Source: Planctomycetaceae bacterium
GTDB taxonomy: Bacteria; Planctomycetota; Planctomycetia; Pirellulales; UBA1268
Length of the DNA stretch: 60,576 nt
NCBI GenBank assembly: GCA_947453375.1
Contig: CANGGT010000002.1
Span: 1-60,576 of the forward strand
Direction: 5' to 3'
Numbering within the stretch: position 1 is the first letter of the stretch; each line of letters opens with the position of its first letter. The notes below the pieces were generated by a model. The model did no database searches, had not been told where the DNA came from, and saw nothing but the letters and a program-made list of their open reading frames with translations. Of the stretch, positions 34,016-41,790 are shown in pieces. The position numbers and the translations under genes are program-made.

Positions 34016-36358
34016 GTGCCAAACCTCCTGCTGCGTCGAGCCTGGGTGGTCATGACGAGCCTCACGCTCGTGGCCAGCGGTTGCGCCCCGCGGCAGCCGT
34101 TCTACTTCTTCGAGGACGGCGACCTCTCGCACTACGTCGGCGCCATCCAGAAGATCGAGTACCCCGACACGGTTCATCAGCCTCTCGACGAGGCAGCCGG
34201 CACGATCGAGCCGCTCACGCTCTCCAACGCCAACTTCGATCAAGTCTGGGAGCTCTCGCTCGAGGACTCCATCCGGACGGCGCTCGAGAACGGCAAGGTA
34301 CTCAGGAGCCTCGGAGGACGCTTTCAGAGCTTCGGCGGCCCGCGGCCGCAGGCCGGCGAGCCGGCGGTGTCGCTCCTCACCAACCCGGCCGCCTACCCCA
34401 CCGTCTACGATCCGGCGATCAGCGAGACCGACCCCTTCCGCGGCGTCGAAAGCGCGCTGGCGTCGTTCGATGCCCAGCTCTCCAGCTCGCTCACCTGGGC
34501 CCGGCAAAACCGGCCGCAAAACGTCGGCGGGATCGGAACGCAGATCTTCCAGCAGCAACTCCTCGGCGACACCGGCACCTGGACAACCGGCATCAGCAAG
34601 GTGTCGGCCACCGGCAGTACGTTCGGGATCCAAAACCAGACCGTCTACGACAACAACAACTCCCCGATCCGCCAGAAGGGGGTGCCGTCGACGTTCCTCA
34701 CCAACTACGACTTCACCTTCAACCAGCCCCTCCTCCAGGGTGCGGGGCTGACCTACAACCGAATCGCCGGCCCCGACGCCTTCAACAACATCAACGGCCG
34801 CCCCAACTTCCGCGGCGTCCTCATTGCCCGCGTGCTCGCCGATCAGTCGCTGGCCGACTTCGAGATCGGCGTCCGCAACATGGTCAGTGACACCGAGCAG
34901 GCCTACTGGGAGCTCTACTTCGCCTACCGCAATCTCGAGGCGCGCAAGGCCGGCCGCGACAGCGCCCTCGAGGCTTGGCGGAAGGTTCATGCGCTCTACG
35001 TCGAGCAGTCGCGCGGCGGTGAGGCCGACAAAGAGGCCCAGGCCCGCGAGCAGTATTTCTTCTTCCGCAGCGACGTCGAGAACGCGCTCACCGACGTCTA
35101 CCGGAGCGAGAACCGGCTCCGCTACATGATGGGGCTCTCGGCCTCCGACGGCCGGCTCATCCGCCCCTCCGACGAGCCGACGACGGCCCGAGTCACCTTC
35201 GACTGGCAGCAGTCGCTCGTCGAATCTCTCTCTCGGTCGGCCGAACTCCGCCGGCAGAAGTGGGTCATCAAGCAGAAGGAGCTCGAGCTCCTCGCGTCGA
35301 AGAACCTGCTGATGCCGCGGCTCGACCTCAACGGCTATTACCGGTTCCTCGGCATGGGCCAGGAACTCATCAACCAGAATTACGGCCCGTACTACGCCAA
35401 CGGTCTCGACCCGCTCAAAGGCACCGATGCCTACTCGACGCTCTCTAGCGGCCAGTTCCAGGAATGGCAGGCCGGGGCGCAGTTCCTCATGCCGATCGGG
35501 TTCCGTCGCGAGCTCTCAACCGTCCGCAACTACCAACTCCAACTCGCCCGTGAACGCTCCCGGCTCCAAGACGAGGAGATGGAGGTGTCGCACGCCCTCG
35601 TCGAGGCGGTGCGGAACGTCGACACGAACTTCGCTCTCTCGCAGACAAACTTCAACCGCCGCGTCGCCTCCGAGCGCCAGGTTGAGGCGGTCCAAGCGGC
35701 CTACGATGCCGGCACCGTGACCCTCGATCAGCTCCTCGACGCCCAACGCCGTCGGGCCGACGCCGAGAGCGCCTACTACCGCTCGGTCGTCGATTACAAC
35801 CGCTCGATCGCCCAACTCCATTTCCGCAAAGGCTCGCTCCTGGAATACAACGGCGTGTTCCTCGCGGAAGGCCCGTGGCCCGGCAAGGCCTACTTCGATT
35901 CCTACCGCCGTGCCCGGCAGCGGGACGCGAGCCTGTTCCTCGACTACGGCCACTCCCGCCCCGGCGTCTTCAGCCGCGGTCCGATCACGCAGGACTTCGA
36001 CGGGATCGGTGCCGGCACCGAGGCCCGGCAACTCCCTCCCCGTGATCCGGCTACGAACGAGGAGACGTCGCCCCCCGCCTCCAAGCCGGCGGGTGACGGC
36101 AAGGCTCCGGCCGGTGGCAATCCGCTCGAGGAGATTCCGACGCCCGCTCCGCTGCCGAATCCGGCCAAGGCCGCCAGCCCCGCAGCCGCCGCGTTCCTCC
36201 CGCCGGCCGTGCCGTCGGTGCTCATGCCCGTCTCGCAGACCACGACGGAATCGGCAAAGCCCTGGGGCAACGTCCTCACCGGCTGGAAAGCGGAGAGCGC
36301 TCCGTCGGGACGGGTCATCAGCACCCCCGCCGATGCCGCAGCGACGCAGGGCCGATAA
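34016..36358 (+). CDS. TolC-family outer-membrane channel lipoprotein with Pro/Ala-rich C-terminal tail
   Basis: Track ORF 33878..36358 trimmed to GTG 34016. This gives the signal PNLLLRRAWVVMTSLTLVASGC, which ends in a lipobox. There are two OEP-type repeats (coiled-coil stretches rich in Q/R/E/L, e.g. LDQLLDAQRRRADAESAYYRSVVDYNRSIAQLH). Confidence 0.75.
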   Translation: MPNLLLRRAWVVMTSLTLVASGCAPRQPFYFFEDGDLSHYVGAIQKIEYPDTVHQPLDEAAGTIEPLTLSNANFDQVWELSLEDSIRTALENGKVLRSLGGRFQSFGGPRPQAGEPAVSLLTNPAAYPTVYDPAISETDPFRGVESALASFDAQLSSSLTWARQNRPQNVGGIGTQIFQQQLLGDTGTWTTGISKVSATGSTFGIQNQTVYDNNNSPIRQKGVPSTFLTNYDFTFNQPLLQGAGLTYNRIAGPDAFNNINGRPNFRGVLIARVLADQSLADFEIGVRNMVSDTEQAYWELYFAYRNLEARKAGRDSALEAWRKVHALYVEQSRGGEADKEAQAREQYFFFRSDVENALTDVYRSENRLRYMMGLSASDGRLIRPSDEPTTARVTFDWQQSLVESLSRSAELRRQKWVIKQKELELLASKNLLMPRLDLNGYYRFLGMGQELINQNYGPYYANGLDPLKGTDAYSTLSSGQFQEWQAGAQFLMPIGFRRELSTVRNYQLQLARERSRLQDEEMEVSHALVEAVRNVDTNFALSQTNFNRRVASERQVEAVQAAYDAGTVTLDQLLDAQRRRADAESAYYRSVVDYNRSIAQLHFRKGSLLEYNGVFLAEGPWPGKAYFDSYRRARQRDASLFLDYGHSRPGVFSRGPITQDFDGIGAGTEARQLPPRDPATNEETSPPASKPAGDGKAPAGGNPLEEIPTPAPLPNPAKAASPAAAAFLPPAVPSVLMPVSQTTTESAKPWGNVLTGWKAESAPSGRVISTPADAAATQGR

Positions 36359-36403
36359 CCCGTCGTCGGGGAAACGCTTCCTCGGCCAAGGCCATGGCGG
36401 CCT

Positions 36404-37579
36404 TCAGCGTCCCAAGGGGAGGTCCGCCGCCGCTCGGGCGGCGGCCAAGCCCGCCGGATCGTCTCGGCCGATCCGGGCGAGGTGATCCCGGGCCGCAGCC
36501 GACGGGCAGGCAACGAGATACCCGGCGACGGCACGACGGATGAGCGGATCGTCAGCGGCCGCATCCCACCACGCGGCCACCGCATCGACCTCTTCCCAGG
36601 CCTCCGCGCGGGCCAGATCGATGATCGCTAGGGCAGCCACCGCCGGGCTCTGTGCCAGACGGGCCGTCGCCGCGGAGATCCTTCCGGGGGGAATCTTCCC
36701 GGTGAGGTACTCACGGGCGAAACGGAGGGCCGCGAGGAACTGGCGCTGATCGACCGGCCGGTCGGGCCCGGCCCGATCGACAAGCCAATCGAGCCCCTCG
36801 ACGCCCTCGGCGACGAGGATCCCCGCCATCAGCCCGTCAGCCCCGGCGCGGAAGTCGCCGCCGGCGGCATCGAGCGCCGTGCGGAGAGGCGCCGTTGACA
36901 GCCTCTTCCCGCCGGAAGATCCCTCCGCCAAGACGATCCCCAAAGCCAGGCCGTAAAACCCGCGGCGTCGTTGGTCGGTGGCGGGATCGGCCACCCAGGC
37001 CTGCAGTGGCCGCGCCGCGAGTGCCGCCGCCGCCTCGCGGACGGCGGGGAAGGGGGCCACGGCAAACTCCGCGAAGGCATCGTCGGCGATCGCCGGCTCG
37101 GGATGCTCGAGGCGGGCGGCAAACCATGCGAGCCGTTCGCCGACAGGCTCCGTGATCGCAGGCGCCGTGACGACATGCCCGAGGAGCGTCTCGTCCGCCG
37201 CCACCGCCGTCCAGCGTGGCGGGGAATCGGTCGATCCGAACAACACGGCCGTTCCCTCCACCGGCGCCGCCACCCGGGCGGTGACGAGCGCGGGGGGCTC
37301 GCCGGCGACGCGGCCGGGAGTGTCGGGGAGCACTTGGATCACCCGGAACGCGCCGGCGAGGAGGCCGGTGGAATCGGGGTGGGCCCGATCCGCAGCCTCC
37401 GCGATGCAGACGAAGCCCGCCGTGTCGCGGCGCCGAGCCAGCGAATCACCGACCGGCCCACAGAACGGACAGGCCTCGCTCGAGATCGCCGGGAGGACGA
37501 GGAGCACTGCAGCAAGCCCGAGCAGACCCAACAGCCTGTGGATAGCGTGCCGGCCCGGCAGGTGGTCGACGCCACGCAT
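36404..37579 (-). CDS. secreted helical-repeat protein with N-terminal CPFC motif (paralog A)
   Basis: Track ORF trimmed to ATG 37579, 1 nt after the AIM24 stop. Signal LLGLLGLAAVLLVLPAISSEA is followed by CPFC. Shares DDAFAEFAVAPFPAVR and further blocks with the 41791..43395 product. Confidence 0.65.
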   Translation of the reverse strand: MRGVDHLPGRHAIHRLLGLLGLAAVLLVLPAISSEACPFCGPVGDSLARRRDTAGFVCIAEAADRAHPDSTGLLAGAFRVIQVLPDTPGRVAGEPPALVTARVAAPVEGTAVLFGSTDSPPRWTAVAADETLLGHVVTAPAITEPVGERLAWFAARLEHPEPAIADDAFAEFAVAPFPAVREAAAALAARPLQAWVADPATDQRRRGFYGLALGIVLAEGSSGGKRLSTAPLRTALDAAGGDFRAGADGLMAGILVAEGVEGLDWLVDRAGPDRPVDQRQFLAALRFAREYLTGKIPPGRISAATARLAQSPAVAALAIIDLARAEAWEEVDAVAAWWDAAADDPLIRRAVAGYLVACPSAAARDHLARIGRDDPAGLAAARAAADLPLGR

Positions 37580-37580
37580 G

Positions 37581-38255
37581 TCAGCCGTACGCGAGCGAGT
37601 CGGCTTCCTTCGACTTCTGCAATCGCTGCCGCCAGTAGGGGACGGCACAGAGGAACAGCCGCCCCGTCCCCTCGTAGACACACGATAGCTTCTGCCCGGA
37701 GAGCCAGTGGCTGAAAAAGGAGCGGGCGGGGCGTTTCATCCGCATCGTGATCCCGCTGGTCCGGGCCACCGCGAATCCCCCGTCGAGCACGATCCGTTCG
37801 TTGTCGAGCTCGATCTCCTCGATCGGGCCATCGACGCTCAGGACCACCTTCCCATCGCCAACCAGCGCCGTCTTGTACCAGAGCAGTCCCTCGCCGGCCC
37901 AGTACGACGTCCAGATCCTCTCGCGGTGGATCGCGAGCTTCACCTCCCCCTCGGAGGCCCAGAAGCAGCGATGTTCGAGAATCCAACGCTCCCCCTGCCG
38001 GACGTCGAAGATGTGGTAGCCGCCGAACGTCGAATCGAGATAGATCTCCCCCGTTCCCACGTACCGCGGACGGACCACCGATTCGTCGGAGAACATCGAC
38101 ACCCACATCCCCCGCAGCGACGGCAACGGCACGTCCATCTCGATGTCGCCGCTCATCCGGTAGAGCGCGCCGCGCTCGGTGCGGACGTCATCGTCGTCGA
38201 GGATGACCTTCAGCCAGCGGCAGCCTTCTGAGACTTCGATGTCGAACTCAACCAT
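37581..38255 (-). CDS. AIM24 (DUF124, TRAP-fold) family protein
   Basis: Track ORF trimmed to ATG 38255, which overlaps the upstream stop by 8 nt. The pattern ERGALYRMSGDIEM...WAGEGLLWYKTALVGDGKVVLSVDGPIEEIELDNERIVLDGGFAVA matches AIM24 family hallmarks. Confidence 0.65.
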   Translation of the reverse strand: MVEFDIEVSEGCRWLKVILDDDDVRTERGALYRMSGDIEMDVPLPSLRGMWVSMFSDESVVRPRYVGTGEIYLDSTFGGYHIFDVRQGERWILEHRCFWASEGEVKLAIHRERIWTSYWAGEGLLWYKTALVGDGKVVLSVDGPIEEIELDNERIVLDGGFAVARTSGITMRMKRPARSFFSHWLSGQKLSCVYEGTGRLFLCAVPYWRQRLQKSKEADSLAYG

Positions 38256-39570
38256 CGATCGACACCTCCGGGCCGCGCTGCAGCCCTCCCTTCGTCCAAT
38301 CGCACTTCCAACCGGGGAACGCGATCTGCGGATAGGGGTCGGGAGCGAGCGGACCATCCGACGACACGACCACGTCGCAAAGCCGATCGGGGCGCACCCG
38401 GCCGAGCCGGAAATGTTTCGTGGCGTGTTGGGTGGCGGGATCGATCGTCATCCGTCCCCCCGGACCATCGAACCCGATCCCCGTCGCAAACACCTGCCGA
38501 ACCGCCTCGGTGGCAAACGAGCCCGCCTGCTCGACCGCCACCTTCCAGAGGTTGATCAGGCACCAGGCGGCCTCCATCGAATCACCGAAAACGCGATCCG
38601 CGCCGAACTCACTGCGGAAGCCGGCCATCCAGGCGGCGTTGGCGGGCGTGTCGACGGTCTGGAAATAGCTCGACAGGACCCAATGGCCAGCCACATGGGC
38701 AGCCGGCATGCTCCGCAGGTCATCCTCCGAGAGGCTCGTCGATACGAGGGGCACCTTCGCCGGATCGTTCCCGGCCTCCGCCAGCGCCGCAAACAGCGCG
38801 ATGTTTCCGGCGCCGTTGACCGTATTGAGGATGCAGTCGGCCCCGCTCTCGCGGATGCGGTCGACCACCGCGGCGAAGTCGAGTTGGTCGAGCGGCACGT
38901 ATTCCTCGCCGACGATTTCCGCATCGGTGCCGGCGAGCCACTTCCGCACGATGAAGTTCGTCGTCCGCGGGTAGATGTAATCCGATCCGAGGAGGAAGAA
39001 CTTCTTTCGTTCCCCCCCCGGCCCGCTCCGCAGCCATTCGAGCGCCGGGAGGACCTGCTGGTTGGGTACCTGCCCGCCGTAGATGACGTTCCGCGAGCCT
39101 TCGTTCCCCTCGTACTGGACCGGATAGAAGAGCAGGCTGTCGCGCTCCTCGAGAAGCGGGAGCACCGCCTTGCGGCTGGCGCTCGACCAGCAACCGAACA
39201 GTGCCACCGCGCCGTCATCGAGGAGAGTGGCGGCCCGCTTGGGAAACAGGTCGGTGCGCGAACGGGGATCAGGGGCCCGTGGATCGATCGAGTATCCGAG
39301 GATCCCGCCGGCGGCGTTGAAGCGTTCCACGGCGTCGAGTTCGACGTCGCGCAGCGACGTCGATCCGATTGCCAGCGGCCCGGTCTGCGAATGGAGCAGC
39401 CCGATCCTCACCGTCGGTGCCCGCGGCGGGATGCCGAGCGAACAGCCGACAAACAGCGACGGGGCCAGCACCCGCGAGGCGGCCAGCGTGGCGGCAACCC
39501 CGGACCGGAGCGCTCCGCGCCGGGAGACGGCACCGCGGTTGGTGGGGAGGTTGTCGGGGGGGACCGGCAT
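38248..39570 (-). CDS. UrtA/FmdD/AmiC-type periplasmic (urea/amide) binding protein, Tat signal + lipobox, orphan
   Basis: Track ORF trimmed to ATG 39570, 1 nt after the upstream stop. Twin-arginine SRRGALRSG and lipobox LFVGC. Strong UrtA-like blocks: LFGCWSSASRKAVLPLLEERDSLLFYPVQYEGNEGS and LGSDYIYPRTTN. Confidence 0.75.
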   Translation of the reverse strand: MPVPPDNLPTNRGAVSRRGALRSGVAATLAASRVLAPSLFVGCSLGIPPRAPTVRIGLLHSQTGPLAIGSTSLRDVELDAVERFNAAGGILGYSIDPRAPDPRSRTDLFPKRAATLLDDGAVALFGCWSSASRKAVLPLLEERDSLLFYPVQYEGNEGSRNVIYGGQVPNQQVLPALEWLRSGPGGERKKFFLLGSDYIYPRTTNFIVRKWLAGTDAEIVGEEYVPLDQLDFAAVVDRIRESGADCILNTVNGAGNIALFAALAEAGNDPAKVPLVSTSLSEDDLRSMPAAHVAGHWVLSSYFQTVDTPANAAWMAGFRSEFGADRVFGDSMEAAWCLINLWKVAVEQAGSFATEAVRQVFATGIGFDGPGGRMTIDPATQHATKHFRLGRVRPDRLCDVVVSSDGPLAPDPYPQIAFPGWKCDWTKGGLQRGPEVSIDG

Positions 39571-39571
39571 G

Positions 39572-40366
39572 TCAGTCCTCGAGCATCCGCTTGTAGAGCA
39601 TTTCGAACGCCTCCGGCGAGACACTCACCTCGCCGCGGAAGGGCTGATTCATGTCGACGATGAGGTACATCATCAAGCCCAAGTAGGCGGCGAGGATCCC
39701 ACCGAGAACGAGTTGGGTGAGGAAGCGCGTGTCGAACATCCAGCAGAGGAGAATGTTGAAAAACGCCCCGACAAACATCACGATCCACATCGCCCGCGGC
39801 AATCCGGCCCGAATGGAGTGGAGGCGGAGCCTGCGGCACTCGAGGAAATGATTGATCTGCCGCAGCGCCTCGGCGTGGAGGATCTCCTCGCCGGGGGTGC
39901 TGGGCTGGAAATCGAGGAGCCGGTCGAAGAGCGCCTCGGCGCGGATTGTCCCCTCTTCCGGGATGATTCCCTGTTGCTGCAACGGCCAAGCATATTTGAT
40001 GACGTAGCGCGTGTAATCGCGGATCAGCCAACGGAGATTCTGGCCGTGGGGCTCGGGATAGCGGGAGACGTCCTCGTAGAGCGCCGACAGGGCCGCGGCC
40101 TCGCGGGTGACGTTTTGCTCCGCTGACTCGACGTTCTGATAGGCCGTGACGGCGATCAGGCCGAGGAGGAGGCCGTAGAACACGCAGAAGCAGGAGAGGA
40201 TGTAGCCGATGAGATCGTTGAGCCCCGGCGCCCGGCGGACGAACATCCGCAGGATCGGCCGCACGATCACCGCCCCTGCCCAGTAGAAGGCGACGAACGC
40301 CGCCACCATGAGCAGCGCCGCCCGGGCCGTCGGGATGTCGTAAAACCAGGTGAAGTCGAAGGGCAT
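39572..40366 (-). CDS. DUF4239-like membrane protein (paralog 1)
   Basis: 264 aa. It has N-terminal and C-terminal TM pairs around a soluble helical core containing YAWPLQQQG. It is clearly homologous to the 54131..54943 product. Confidence 0.6.
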   Translation of the reverse strand: MPFDFTWFYDIPTARAALLMVAAFVAFYWAGAVIVRPILRMFVRRAPGLNDLIGYILSCFCVFYGLLLGLIAVTAYQNVESAEQNVTREAAALSALYEDVSRYPEPHGQNLRWLIRDYTRYVIKYAWPLQQQGIIPEEGTIRAEALFDRLLDFQPSTPGEEILHAEALRQINHFLECRRLRLHSIRAGLPRAMWIVMFVGAFFNILLCWMFDTRFLTQLVLGGILAAYLGLMMYLIVDMNQPFRGEVSVSPEAFEMLYKRMLED

Positions 40367-40452
40367 GGCGGGCGTTGGGACGGCAAGCGGTGCGAAAACT
40401 CGAGTCGATGGTAACAGACGCCCGGCAGCGGTTCACGGCGGCCCGGCAGGGA

Positions 40453-41043
40453 TCACTCGACGGCGTCGCCGTCGATGGCGTAGACGGCCAGATGCTTGCC
40501 GTCGGGGCCTTTGAGCTCCTCGATCCGGAACGATCCCGCCACGGCCACCGGGCGGATCGAGAAATCGGCCGACTTGCCCGGCCGCATCCGCACGACGACA
40601 CAGTCATGGAGGAGCGCGCCGGGACCGAAACAGCATTCCATGTTGTCGCGGACGAGAACGAACTGGGTGATCCCGCGCTGCTGGAAACTGGGGAGGATAT
40701 AGCCGCGGATCCTCACCTGCTGCCCCTGGAGGGCGTCGACCGCCGGCGGAAGGATCGCCCGATCGAACGGCTCCCCCTTCTCCAGTGGCAGCTTCAGATC
40801 GTCGAACGTGATCTCCCGCACCTTGCCATCGCCCGCGGCAACGACCGCGGGCTTCGCGGGGACACTCGTCGCCGCGTCTTCCTGCGCCCGATCGCCCGCC
40901 GCGCCTGATCCAGTCTCCGTGGCCGCGGTGGCCGGGCGCTGCGGTGAAGCGACCCGCGATTCCGCCGGCGCACAGCCGATCGCGGCGGCGATCAGCGGCA
41001 AAGCGAGGGCCCACGACCGGCGGGCGTGTCGGTCAGCGGACAC
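40453..41043 (-). CDS. DUF3299-like lipoprotein (CCFG motif)
   Basis: The start is uncertain: GTG 41043 or ATG 41082. Signal/lipobox ALALPLIAAAIGC. Core RIRGYILPSFQQRGITQFVLVRDNMECCFGPGA. Confidence 0.6.
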   Translation of the reverse strand: MSADRHARRSWALALPLIAAAIGCAPAESRVASPQRPATAATETGSGAAGDRAQEDAATSVPAKPAVVAAGDGKVREITFDDLKLPLEKGEPFDRAILPPAVDALQGQQVRIRGYILPSFQQRGITQFVLVRDNMECCFGPGALLHDCVVVRMRPGKSADFSIRPVAVAGSFRIEELKGPDGKHLAVYAIDGDAVE

Positions 41044-41719
41044 TGGCGTCCTCCAGGTGATAGAACACGCCGCCGTCGACATCGACGGCCCCGGCAGGAC
41101 GGATCGAGAACCGGCCGGCGAGCTTCCGCAGGCGCGGCGTGTATTCGATCGTCTGCTTGTCGGCCATCTGCACGAGCACCCGGTCGGTGATCTTCGGATT
41201 GCCACCGAAGCAACAATCCCCCTGGTCGCGAACGAGGAGGAACTGGCGGATGCCGCGCTGCTGTTTCCCGGGATACATATACCCCTTGAGGAGCACGTCG
41301 CGGCCGTTCATCTTCACCGCCGACTCCGGAATCATGTTCGCCGGCTCTCCCTCCCCCGGCTGCAGGGCCGCGTAATTGAGGCGCTCGAATCCCGGCGGCA
41401 GCTCGCGGGCGTAGACCGTCGCCTGATACCACAGTCCGCCGGCGAACAAGAGGCTGCCGACGACCATCGAGCCGATCGCCAGCACCTTGCCGGTGAGGAC
41501 GTCGGGGCGGGCGAGGATGTCACGCCAGCCGACGAGCCCGAGGACGGCCGCCAGCACCGGCACCGTCAGGAGCCACCAGTCGACGAAGCCGAGGGGGGAG
41601 AGGAGCGCGAGCACGGTCGCGGCGATCGTCACCCCTCCGAAGGCACGATAGCCATCGTCGATCGGAGGAAGGTCACTCGTGTCGGACGACTCGGGCGTTT
41701 CGAACAGACCGGCAGCCAT
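41033..41719 (-). CDS. membrane-anchored DUF3299-like protein (CCFG motif)
   Basis: Track ORF trimmed to ATG 41719. Three N-terminal TM helices, then LLKGYMYPGKQQRGIRQFLLVRDQGDCCFGGNP. Confidence 0.6.
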   Translation of the reverse strand: MAAGLFETPESSDTSDLPPIDDGYRAFGGVTIAATVLALLSPLGFVDWWLLTVPVLAAVLGLVGWRDILARPDVLTGKVLAIGSMVVGSLLFAGGLWYQATVYARELPPGFERLNYAALQPGEGEPANMIPESAVKMNGRDVLLKGYMYPGKQQRGIRQFLLVRDQGDCCFGGNPKITDRVLVQMADKQTIEYTPRLRKLAGRFSIRPAGAVDVDGGVFYHLEDASVR

Positions 41720-41790
41720 GGAAACTTCCCAGGGAAAAGGGACTGATCGCACGGAACGGGGAGGGCCTTTTCCCAAGGCCCGGCGCCCGG

